Below, piece by piece: positions 8,966-16,600 of a DNA stretch of 64,000 nt. Made by a program: the position numbers and the translations under genes. The notes beneath the pieces were generated by a model that was given only the letters and a program-made list of their open reading frames with translations, had not been told where the DNA came from and made no database searches. Position 1 is the stretch's first letter, and each line of letters opens with the position of its first letter. The DNA is taken from the IMG/VR virus record IMGVR_UViG_3300045988_174937; one strand, given 5' to 3'. The stretch comes from a virus.

Positions 8966-9511
8966 ATGGACGACAAATCGACATTATTCGCCGCGCTGGT
9001 GTGCGCCTTGGCTATCGTCGTGGCGCTGATCGCGGAACACCGCCCGTCTTTCTTCTGGTGGCGGTATTTGTTCGGGTTGGAGAAAACCAGCCCTGACGAA
9101 ATGGAATGGAACGAGGTGTTACAGCGTATTCGTAAACGCACTCAACGGGCCTTTGAACGCGAACCTGGCTCCAAGGTCCTTTCCAACGGCGTCTACGCTG
9201 AGTACCACGAAGAAGAATACCCTGGCGGCAACTTGCGTCAGGAATTGACACTGTGGCTGAAACGACAAAATATGCTCCAATTCCCGTTCGTGGTGAATAT
9301 CTGTTTACTCGACGGTACGGCTGATATCACGGGCATTGGCGCCAACGAAGCCGACGACTACCAGTGGATGATGGAGCAAATTGGTGCTGAGTCGTGCTAC
9401 GAAATCGCCAAGCGGACGTATATCTGTGAGCAGGGCAGCCACCGCGGCCAAACCGAACGCGCCAAGGTCGAACACGAGTACATCCAGTGGATAGCGCGGA
9501 AATTCATCTAA
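8966..9511 (+). CDS. Hypothetical membrane-anchored protein
   Basis: N-terminal TM helix LFAALVCALAIVVALIA, then a soluble domain. Confidence 0.65.
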   Translation: MDDKSTLFAALVCALAIVVALIAEHRPSFFWWRYLFGLEKTSPDEMEWNEVLQRIRKRTQRAFEREPGSKVLSNGVYAEYHEEEYPGGNLRQELTLWLKRQNMLQFPFVVNICLLDGTADITGIGANEADDYQWMMEQIGAESCYEIAKRTYICEQGSHRGQTERAKVEHEYIQWIARKFI

Positions 9512-9555
9512 CAACGTTACTCCACCAGACGCCGCGAGGCGGTGTAACACTTCTT

Positions 9556-9588
9556 CCCCCAGTAGGCGAGTGCCTGCTGGGGGTTTTG
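9556..9588 (+). terminator. Rho-independent terminator
   Basis: CCCCCAGTAGGC / GCCTGCTGGGGG forms a 12-bp stem (one G-U pair) with a 4-nt loop, followed by TTTTG. Confidence 0.75.
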
Positions 9589-9615
9589 TATAAAATTCGA
9601 TAAATTATCGAAAAA

Positions 9616-9668
9616 GTCGCCAAAATATTTTGTAGATTGGAAAATTCGTATTACCTTTGTAGTGGAAA
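9616..9668 (+). promoter_or_regulatory. Promoter cassette copy 1 (Bacteroidota-type -33 TTTG / -7 TAnnTTTG)
   Basis: TTTG at 9629-9632 lies 19 nt upstream of TACCTTTG at 9652-9659. Palindrome CAAAATATTTTG at 9621-9632. A conserved leader runs to the ATG at 9669. Confidence 0.7.
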
Positions 9669-9881
9669 ATGAAACTAAACTCTGTAAAAATGGACAAGAA
9701 TCGTAAACAACTGGAAGAACGCGCCGCGTGGATGCTGGTTATAATCGTCGTCGTGATAGCTTTCGTTGGCGTCAACTTGGTGTGGTACGGCGAGGGCTTG
9801 ACGAAACTGTGCGGACTGCTCGTTATTGGGTATGGCGGGTATGTGATTAACCGGATTATTGAACGCTTAAACCGTCGGTAG
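9669..9881 (+). CDS. Small membrane protein (two predicted TM helices)
   Basis: AAWMLVIIVVVIAFVGVNLVWYG and LCGLLVIGYGGYVINRII. First gene behind promoter cassette 1. Confidence 0.65.
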   Translation: MKLNSVKMDKNRKQLEERAAWMLVIIVVVIAFVGVNLVWYGEGLTKLCGLLVIGYGGYVINRIIERLNRR

Positions 9882-9885
9882 CCCT

Positions 9886-9993
9886 ATGACGCGTGAAATG
9901 ATTATCGCTGCGGCGTATGCTGCTGGCTGGGATGGTGAAACGCCCAGCGTTACCGAGGCTGAAGCCTATTTGGCCGCCATCGTAAGATTGTAG
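9886..9993 (+). CDS. Possible 35-aa micro-ORF
   Basis: ATG 9886 to TAG 9991-9993 (MTREMIIAAAYAAGWDGETPSVTEAEAYLAAIVRL) fills an otherwise empty gap. It falls below the ORF-track length cutoff. Confidence 0.3.
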   Translation: MTREMIIAAAYAAGWDGETPSVTEAEAYLAAIVRL

Positions 9994-10014
9994 AACCGTA
10001 TTGTGTTTTGAAAA

Positions 10015-10242
10015 ATGGAAAAGAATTACATCGTTAACGATCAAACTCGTTATATCCCGCGGGAAGAACTCGTCCAATTGGAAGAAACCATCTGGTGGGC
10101 TTCGCGCCTCACAAATCCTGATATTATCGTGACTAACACCGATAATTTTGAAGACGTTGACGCTTATCGTTCAGCGGCCCTCCAAGAATTAGCGCGAATT
10201 AACGTGCGCCGTCAAGAACTCTTGAAAATACTATTAGAATAG
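10015..10242 (+). CDS. Hypothetical protein
   Basis: 75-aa ORF in the operon. Confidence 0.6.
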   Translation: MEKNYIVNDQTRYIPREELVQLEETIWWASRLTNPDIIVTNTDNFEDVDAYRSAALQELARINVRRQELLKILLE

Positions 10243-10247
10243 CAAAT

Positions 10248-10574
10248 ATGAAATCCGAGACCCTTAAACAGTTCCTGGCTGAGAAGCGTAAGGCCTACGC
10301 CCAGTCCGCTGAGGCCGTAATGAAGACGTTGGACACGCTTACGCACGTAAGCGGTAACGCGTACTTCGGTTCGGCCGTAATTATCAACATCACCGATCTC
10401 GAAGGCAAAGTCTTAGCCGACGCCGCCATCAACGGCGAGTTCTTCGACGCCTTACGGCCTCACCTCGTTGAGGCGTATCGCCAAACGCTGGCTGAAAAGT
10501 CAATTTTCGCTGAACACAATCTCCGTAAAATGCAATGTATGATCAAGGCCCTCGACCCCGAGCGCTCTAAATAA
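10248..10574 (+). CDS. Hypothetical protein
   Basis: 108-aa ORF, 5 nt after the previous stop. Confidence 0.65.
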   Translation: MKSETLKQFLAEKRKAYAQSAEAVMKTLDTLTHVSGNAYFGSAVIINITDLEGKVLADAAINGEFFDALRPHLVEAYRQTLAEKSIFAEHNLRKMQCMIKALDPERSK

Positions 10575-10585
10575 CCCCCCAAACG

Positions 10586-10915
10586 ATGAATCCTCTGTAC
10601 CGTATCGGCTCCCGCGTGAAGGTTAAGACGTGGCCCGAAATAGCTGAATACGTCGGTGTTGAATACGACGAACGGACGTTCTTGGAGTTGGAAGGCGTGG
10701 TATACGATGACGCCAACGACGACCCTATCGGGTTGTTGGACGAAATGTACGACGCCGCTGGTAAGGGCGAAGACACGTGCCTTATCGTTGGCGGCGATAC
10801 CGAGGACGAGTTCCCGACCTACCACCTGCGTAACCTACGCACAGGCCAGATGGTAGAACGCGAACCACGTGCGCCGTACCAGTTCCGTGATTGGATGTTA
10901 AAACTGACGCGGTGA
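10586..10915 (+). CDS. Hypothetical protein
   Basis: 109-aa acidic ORF. Confidence 0.65.
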   Translation: MNPLYRIGSRVKVKTWPEIAEYVGVEYDERTFLELEGVVYDDANDDPIGLLDEMYDAAGKGEDTCLIVGGDTEDEFPTYHLRNLRTGQMVEREPRAPYQFRDWMLKLTR

Positions 10916-11148
10916 TGACTAAGGACGAAATAATACGCCAAATCGAGGATGTACGTCGTCAACGCGCCAAGACCGAACGCCAGTTGATAGCGCGAGGACG
11001 CGGTTATCCCGTCCACAACGACGCCGAGGTAGAACTCACACTCGATGAGTACCACTACGAGGGTTCTTCGTCACGCAGCGAGGAGCGGCTGTTGGCCCTC
11101 CTGGACGAAGAACGCGCTAAATACACCACCACCCTAACTTATCTGTGA
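10915..11148 (+). CDS. Hypothetical protein
   Basis: ATG at 10915 shares one base with the previous TGA. The ORF-track start 10891 would overlap by 25 nt. Confidence 0.6.
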   Translation: MTKDEIIRQIEDVRRQRAKTERQLIARGRGYPVHNDAEVELTLDEYHYEGSSSRSEERLLALLDEERAKYTTTLTYL

Positions 11149-11149
11149 T

Positions 11150-11632
11150 ATGGCCCGACAACACGGTAAGCGCGACATTCTGTACGACGGCAGTGCCGCG
11201 CTCAAGGAACTTACAGAAAACTACGCCACGATGGATGTAAAGGCGTTCTGTGCTAAATGGGGGCTGTCGATTGCTACAGTTCGCTCGACGGCCTCGCGGA
11301 GGGGTTTACACCGTCTTCGTGGGAAACAGGCTAAAATCGGCACCGCCAACACGAATAAGGGCATTCAGCGTCCCGTGCTGCCGAAGCCCGAGCCTGAAAC
11401 CCCGCCCGCGCCAGCCTACGAACCGCCAAAAGATATGATTCCGCCATCGTTACTTAAACAGGTACGTGGTCGTCGCTTGCGGGCTTGGAAAGAACCCTCG
11501 TCGCGTGCCGAACTCAACACGATGCCTGTACCGTATCCGTTCAGCGAAATCGCCGACGCACCCTACAACCGCGGATTGGATGAAACACCAGAAGAAACGG
11601 GTCGCGTTATAAGACACACCAAAAACCGATAG
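11150..11632 (+). CDS. Hypothetical protein, possible HTH
   Basis: KAFCAKWGLSIATVRSTASRRGL is a helix-turn-helix-like segment, followed by a Pro-rich linker. Confidence 0.6.
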   Translation: MARQHGKRDILYDGSAALKELTENYATMDVKAFCAKWGLSIATVRSTASRRGLHRLRGKQAKIGTANTNKGIQRPVLPKPEPETPPAPAYEPPKDMIPPSLLKQVRGRRLRAWKEPSSRAELNTMPVPYPFSEIADAPYNRGLDETPEETGRVIRHTKNR

Positions 11633-11634
11633 CC

Positions 11635-12186
11635 ATGGACTACAAAGGACGTATATGCCGCCTGATCGTTGACGAATTGCCCGTTGACGCCTACGGAATG
11701 CGGGTGTTGGCCGCGGCACGTGACCTGTGGGCCAAGCAGGGTAAGGTGTGTATTTCAACGGGTCGTGCTTTGGGTGATTCCTTTCCGGTGGTACAGATTA
11801 TTGGCGGCGAACCGATGAACTACCCACAGCGCGTTATCGACGTCGTCACCGAATTGCGCCAAGCTAACCCACGTGTGTGGGTAAAGCTATTCACCGGGTT
11901 CCCCGACACGGAGGCGTTACTGAAAATAGCACCGTTGGTGAATGCTATTTCGGTGACGCTGGCGAGTGTGGATGATGAAAACCACTTCCGGGCTGCGCGT
12001 TTAGGGTTCCGCGACTTTGGTAAAACCAGTATGGAGATACGCTACAACTCCACCACCGGAGAAGACCCTACAGGCCGCGTATTTCCCCAGTATTGGCGGT
12101 TGGTGGATATGGCTCGTGTTGGTGACTATCTGTTGGAATCGACAGCCTGGGTGATGAAATACGCCAACGGAACGTTATTTAACTAA
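11635..12186 (+). CDS. NrdG/QueE-like activase fold lacking the CxxxCxxC cluster (tentative)
   Basis: VVQIIGGEPMNYPQRVIDVVTELRQANPRVWVKLFTGFPDTE parallels T4 NrdG GLTLTGGDPLYPQNREE...WLWTGYKFED, but the N-terminal Cys triad is absent. Confidence 0.4.
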   Translation: MDYKGRICRLIVDELPVDAYGMRVLAAARDLWAKQGKVCISTGRALGDSFPVVQIIGGEPMNYPQRVIDVVTELRQANPRVWVKLFTGFPDTEALLKIAPLVNAISVTLASVDDENHFRAARLGFRDFGKTSMEIRYNSTTGEDPTGRVFPQYWRLVDMARVGDYLLESTAWVMKYANGTLFN

Positions 12187-12201
12187 AATCTCGTAAACGA
12201 T

Positions 12202-12639
12202 ATGGACCAAAAACGTAACTACGACGACCCGCGCCTCAGCGAAGAAATGCGCCGTTACGGGTGTTACACCGTACCCAGCGATGACCCTAAGCACCCGCAC
12301 GACGCTCAAATCTGTCTAACGCCCGAGTTCCTGACCAACACCAAGGGGTACGCCATCACGATGGATATGGGGTTTGGAAAAGAACGTATCAACTCGTGGA
12401 CGCGTAACGCCAACGGCGTACTGGAGTTTCGCCAGTTCCCCGACCGCCTTTACCTCAACGAAACACCTGGTGAGGGTAAGTACACCGCCAACATCACGCT
12501 GACGTGTGAGTGTGGCGAAAATATCTCCCTCACTCACGACCAGGCGCGAATCTTTATGCGTGGCGCGTTTGAGGACCGCTACCTACCCAAGGTTCTGCTG
12601 CGCTGTCCTAAGTGTAACAAAATGCTATTCAAACCGTGA
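12202..12639 (+). CDS. Hypothetical zinc-ribbon protein
   Basis: CECGEN ... CPKCNK cysteine pairs near the C-terminus. Confidence 0.65.
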   Translation: MDQKRNYDDPRLSEEMRRYGCYTVPSDDPKHPHDAQICLTPEFLTNTKGYAITMDMGFGKERINSWTRNANGVLEFRQFPDRLYLNETPGEGKYTANITLTCECGENISLTHDQARIFMRGAFEDRYLPKVLLRCPKCNKMLFKP

Positions 12640-12758
12640 TGAAACCGTTGGTATATATACTTAGGTTGGTGGTCCGTGTGGTCATCAACCTCCTTTATTT
12701 TATGGCTTGGAGTGTAGTTTTGGCGTTATTGGCGATGACGATATATTCGCTTGTGTGA
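12639..12758 (+). CDS. Possible 39-aa hydrophobic micro-protein
   Basis: The ATG overlaps the previous TGA. MKPLVYILRLVVRVVINLLYFMAWSVVLALLAMTIYSLV is almost entirely hydrophobic. Confidence 0.35.
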   Translation: MKPLVYILRLVVRVVINLLYFMAWSVVLALLAMTIYSLV

Positions 12759-12794
12759 CGTTTTGAGGATGTTGGTAAAAAAGTTGAAAAATTT

Positions 12795-12869
12795 TCTCCA
12801 AAATATTTTGTAGATTGGAGAAAAGTTACTAATTTTGCTCTTGGAAAAGAAAACTAAACACTCAAAATT
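12795..12869 (+). promoter_or_regulatory. Promoter cassette copy 2
   Basis: TTTG at 12807-12810 lies 19 nt upstream of TAATTTTG at 12830-12837. Palindrome at 12799-12810. Leader GCTCTTGGAAAAGAA at 12837-12851. Confidence 0.7.
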
Positions 12870-13316
12870 ATGAAAGCAACTATTGAAACTATCCGCGAAA
12901 TTGTAAAGGTTCTGACCGCTGACGAACAGCAACTCCTGAAAGACACCTTCCTCTACGGAGGCTGGGGAGACACCGACTACGAGTTCCTTGACGAAAACGG
13001 CAAGACCGAAACCGTTGGTGCTTGGGGCTACTGCACGAACGACGCCCGTGAGGGTGGACACTTTGCTGGTCGTGTCGTGGCTACGATGTTCCGCTCAATC
13101 TACAAGAAACTCTGTACCGCTAACCGTAACCAGATTGGCGCTCACCTTTCGCACTGTAACGACTGGTGGGGTGATGGTAGCGGTGATATGCTGTTCGTGC
13201 GCTCGGCGTGGGATAAGGCGTGGATGGAATGGGCCAAGGAGCCCATCCAGCCCGCTGAAGAGCCCAAGAACGAGGAGCGCCTGACCGACGCCATCAACGC
13301 TTTCCTCGCCAAGTAA
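12870..13316 (+). CDS. Hypothetical protein (first gene of the cassette-2 unit)
   Basis: 148-aa ORF, Trp/Gly-rich (GGWGDTDYEF, CNDWWGDGSGD). Confidence 0.7.
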   Translation: MKATIETIREIVKVLTADEQQLLKDTFLYGGWGDTDYEFLDENGKTETVGAWGYCTNDAREGGHFAGRVVATMFRSIYKKLCTANRNQIGAHLSHCNDWWGDGSGDMLFVRSAWDKAWMEWAKEPIQPAEEPKNEERLTDAINAFLAK

Positions 13317-13346
13317 AATAGTCAAAACCGCAAAACAAATAGCACG

Positions 13347-14174
13347 ATGAAAACGTACCGTATCAACCAATTCAAGACCAAGGAGGCCGTCATGGACGCC
13401 ATCATCGAGGTCTTCAAACGCCGCGAGGATTGGACCGAAGCCGAGGCCCGCCGTACCGGCATCAATCCCGAACCCACGTTCAAGGCCCAAAAGGCATACG
13501 ACCTGGCGTTCCAATCGATGGGGGGTAATTCGTTCCGGCCGGGTGAATACCAAAAGTCGAAGCGCGAAATGGTCGATTACCTGAACAATATGGAGTCGCT
13601 GTTTCACGACGCCCGCCTGAAATGGTTCCGCTTCTACACCCAGCACACCTACCTCTCCACCGACGCCGGCAAGAGCGAACGTGAAGCCCTCTTGAAAAAG
13701 ATTAACGTTTACAACGCTTCTATCGAGGGGTTGACGAACAATTTCTCCCGCGAATTGCTTGAGTTCCTGGAGAAGAATCGTAACTGCGTCGATTGGCGCG
13801 TGGCGCGGTATAGCGAGGATTCCGTAACGTTCGGGTTGGTGGATGCGGCCGATAATATCGACCAGCAGTCGCTGCTGACGTTTTACATCGATCGCGGCGT
13901 TACCGGCAACGACGAGCCTACGTTGGTAACCTCCATCCAGAATCAGGGGCGCTGGTCGTGTGAAGAGGTCGGACCGCAGTACGTCCGATATGCATGGATG
14001 GGCCTACTGCTGTTGGACGACCGCCTCAAATCGCTTAAAGAGGCGATGATAGGGTACGGGTCCGGCGTGAAGCAGATGACGACTGCCATCAGCACCGCCA
14101 ACGTTCAATTGCGTGAACTCGGGTTGGCGGACTGCGAAGCCCGCTTCGAAGAGTACGAACGCCAAAACTGGTAA
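13347..14174 (+). CDS. Hypothetical protein
   Basis: 275-aa ORF. Confidence 0.7.
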   Translation: MKTYRINQFKTKEAVMDAIIEVFKRREDWTEAEARRTGINPEPTFKAQKAYDLAFQSMGGNSFRPGEYQKSKREMVDYLNNMESLFHDARLKWFRFYTQHTYLSTDAGKSEREALLKKINVYNASIEGLTNNFSRELLEFLEKNRNCVDWRVARYSEDSVTFGLVDAADNIDQQSLLTFYIDRGVTGNDEPTLVTSIQNQGRWSCEEVGPQYVRYAWMGLLLLDDRLKSLKEAMIGYGSGVKQMTTAISTANVQLRELGLADCEARFEEYERQNW

Positions 14175-14177
14175 GCC

Positions 14178-14480
14178 ATGAAACCCAAAAACCTTGTAAA
14201 TCTTTACATCGTCAACGCCGACACCAACAGCGACCTGCGCGATATGCCCGACACCGAACGTCGTATCGTCGAAGAGCGACGGCTGACAATGTCGCGCGAC
14301 CTGCTCCCCGCCCCTAACATCTTCACCCACGTACTTATCAACGGCGAACGGCGCAACGCCATAGCGGTGCAAAACCTTACGCACCGCGAGGCAGCCGAAG
14401 CGTGGTATCGCGTGGGGGTGACGTTCGGCGACTTCAACCCCGATCGCCAGATGTTCGAGAAAGTAGAAATTGAAGTCTAA
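14178..14480 (+). CDS. Hypothetical protein
   Basis: 100-aa ORF. Confidence 0.65.
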   Translation: MKPKNLVNLYIVNADTNSDLRDMPDTERRIVEERRLTMSRDLLPAPNIFTHVLINGERRNAIAVQNLTHREAAEAWYRVGVTFGDFNPDRQMFEKVEIEV

Positions 14481-14499
14481 TCCCCTAATACAACGAATT

Positions 14500-14727
14500 A
14501 TGGCACCTAATCGAGTAACCCGCGCCACGGCCATGGCTACGGCCCGTGACTACGCAAAGAACCATTCCAAGGAGGCTATCCGTGTACAGGTAGCCCTGTA
14601 CCGCGACCAGGTCAAATCACTCAACCGCGCTAAGGCCAACGCCAGTGAAGAAGAAGTTCGTCGGTTGTGTGAACGTATAGCCGACACCCGTGAACTGCTA
14701 CGGGCATTCGAAAGGGAGGCCCAGTAA
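14500..14727 (+). CDS. Hypothetical protein
   Basis: ATG at 14500 is preferred over the TTG at 14470. Confidence 0.55.
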   Translation: MAPNRVTRATAMATARDYAKNHSKEAIRVQVALYRDQVKSLNRAKANASEEEVRRLCERIADTRELLRAFEREAQ

Positions 14728-14766
14728 CCGAATTTCCGTAAACCATTCAAATCATAGTACAACAAA

Positions 14767-15765
14767 ATGGAAACAAACGTAATTACCACCGTGTTCAACG
14801 CCCAGGAGGCGTTACCTATCAACGACGAAGCGCGTATCACCAAGGCCCAGATCCTGTTCCTGTACGCTGCGGCCAATGCCGCCGCTGACCGCCCGAGTAT
14901 CATCTGCGTGGACGAGGGTCCGCTGCCTTTCACTGACGTGGCTGAAGCGGCCCCGCGTTACGGCGAAATCCGTCAATGGCTGGGGACGTTCCTGGACAAC
15001 AACCTGGTATTTCGGGCGATGATGCCTATCGACGACAACGCCACGGTCGTCAGCGAAATCAAGCGTCTGTCGCACGAGTGTACCGACGCCGGGCTGTTGG
15101 AGTTTTGCGTTGACGACGACACGCTCCGCTTTACAGCGCTTGGCGTCGAGGCCATCGAAAAGTACGGCCCGGTGCTGGACGAGGAGTGGCGATTAATCGA
15201 GCGTACCGTGTTGGAGGTCGTCAACGAACGTTACGGCCACTGCGGCATAGGCGTGGAGAAAATCGCTCGCCACGTCCCCACCACCAACCCGCGTGAACTC
15301 TACGGCCAATTCGTGTTGGTGGAACAAGACCTGATGTCCGCTGTGTATCGCCGCACCGACGGCGTACTGTTAGCCAACGTGTTTGGCGTGGGTACGTTCC
15401 TGGTAGAGAAACTGATCGCTTTCAACGTACCGCTGCTGGCTACGTTGGCCGATGAGGGTTGGCTCCGTACCAATCCCGACGGCATCCAGCGAGAGTACCA
15501 CGCGCGTTTCAAGGCTCAGTCGGAGGCGTACCGCCGTGAGCACGGAATCCAAGACCCCGACGAAGAGGAACAACCCGCCGCTGCTACCCACGACAACCCC
15601 ATGGCGGCGTTGGCTGCGATGTTAGGTCGTGAACTGGGGGCCAAGGTGGGGCTGCGCCGTATCGACGTTCCTGCTGACGGTGGCGAGCCCCAGGTGACGG
15701 ACCTGGACGATAAGGTGGCCGACGCCGAAGCGGTGTTGAAAGCCGAGGACAAGCCCGTATCGTAA
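14767..15765 (+). CDS. Hypothetical protein
   Basis: 332-aa ORF with an acidic C-terminus. It is the last gene before the gene-free hub. Confidence 0.7.
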   Translation: METNVITTVFNAQEALPINDEARITKAQILFLYAAANAAADRPSIICVDEGPLPFTDVAEAAPRYGEIRQWLGTFLDNNLVFRAMMPIDDNATVVSEIKRLSHECTDAGLLEFCVDDDTLRFTALGVEAIEKYGPVLDEEWRLIERTVLEVVNERYGHCGIGVEKIARHVPTTNPRELYGQFVLVEQDLMSAVYRRTDGVLLANVFGVGTFLVEKLIAFNVPLLATLADEGWLRTNPDGIQREYHARFKAQSEAYRREHGIQDPDEEEQPAAATHDNPMAALAAMLGRELGAKVGLRRIDVPADGGEPQVTDLDDKVADAEAVLKAEDKPVS

Positions 15766-15789
15766 CGAACCGCGTTTTCTATCTTCACA

Positions 15790-15823
15790 GAGCCACCCTA
15801 AACCCATGGGGTGGCTCATTTTG
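15790..15823 (+). terminator. Rho-independent terminator
   Basis: GAGCCACCC (15790-15798) pairs with GGGTGGCTC (15809-15817), followed by ATTTTG. Confidence 0.7.
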
Positions 15824-15906
15824 TCGTTGTGTGCTGCTGATAATACGTTTTCGGTACACCTGGGTCACCTGCGAGGCGATACGCAGATGCCATGCCGAAA
15901 ATCTGG

Positions 15907-16068
15907 TTGAAGATTTTGACTCCTTTGGCGATTTGCGTAAAACTGCTGTTGGAAGATGTTGTAGAAAAACGATGTTTTGGCGTTTTATTTGTGCTGTTGG
16001 AAGATTTTCACACTCTTGGAAGATTTCCGCGTTATTTTGACGCTCTCCAAGACCTCTGTTGGCGATTT
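15907..16068. repeat. Seven interleaved iteron-like motifs (TTGGAAGATTT type and TTGGCGATTT type)
   Basis: TTG(G)AAGAT(T/G)T at 15907, 15949, 15997 and 16016. TTGGCG(A/T)TTT at 15925, 15977 and 16059. Several are preceded by CTGTTGG. Confidence 0.6.
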
Positions 16069-16170
16069 CCCCCTATGGTTCTCCCCCTTTCTTCCCCCTG
16101 ATGGTTTTTCTCCTCCCCCCACCCCTCTACTTTTCCTTTACCCCCTATAATCCCCCTTCTCCTTACCCCC
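16069..16170. repeat. Polypyrimidine block with eight C4-C6 runs (G-run cluster on the minus strand)
   Basis: About 85% pyrimidine on the + strand. C runs start at 16069, 16083, 16094, 16115, 16122, 16141, 16152 and 16166. Confidence 0.8.
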
Positions 16171-16178
16171 AATTTCCG

Positions 16179-16210
16179 GTGTAAAAGAGAAAAAACACTC
16201 TCTTTTACAC
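16179..16210. repeat. Perfect 12-bp inverted repeat with an 8-nt spacer
   Basis: GTGTAAAAGAGA (16179-16190) and TCTCTTTTACAC (16199-16210). Confidence 0.8.
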
Positions 16211-16345
16211 TTTCCAGGCCCTCACGTGCCCCCGCGCGCGTGCATGCATACATGCGAGAACGCACATGAAAACATCGTCTTTCCAGCACGCCAAAGCACT
16301 GCGTCGAACCGCCAACGTTATTGAGTTCGTAAAACCTACCACGAA

Positions 16346-16600
16346 ATGGAACAAGAAGCTAAACAACATCCCTACATCGGCCATATTGCCCGCAGTATGC
16401 AGCGTATGGCTCATGAATACGCCAAACAGATAATCACACGTCAACTCGACGTCAAGAGTATCACCGTCGGTAGCACCAACGGTTTTGAACTCACGCTGAC
16501 CGATAAGCGCCAACAGCAAACGGCCAAAGTACAACCAGGAGTCAGGCAACTTCGCCTATTTCCAGACGACGGTCAAATGGTAAAATCCGTAACACGATGA
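16346..16600 (+). CDS. Hypothetical protein
   Basis: 84-aa ORF, the first credible CDS after the hub. Confidence 0.55.
   Translation: MEQEAKQHPYIGHIARSMQRMAHEYAKQIITRQLDVKSITVGSTNGFELTLTDKRQQQTAKVQPGVRQLRLFPDDGQMVKSVTR

Noticed and set aside
15907-16068. Possible CRISPR-like array
   Set aside because: The repeats are only ~10-11 nt, of two alternating types, with irregular 20-45 bp spacing. No cas gene is present. The layout is iteron-like, not CRISPR.
15831-16549. Four ORF-track ORFs inside the gene-free hub (15831-16040 +, 15892-16101 +, 16032-16289 -, 16205-16549 -)
   Set aside because: They overlap one another and translate the iterons and the polypyrimidine or G-run block into low-complexity peptides. 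They follow a strong terminator with no start context. The region is better explained as non-coding.
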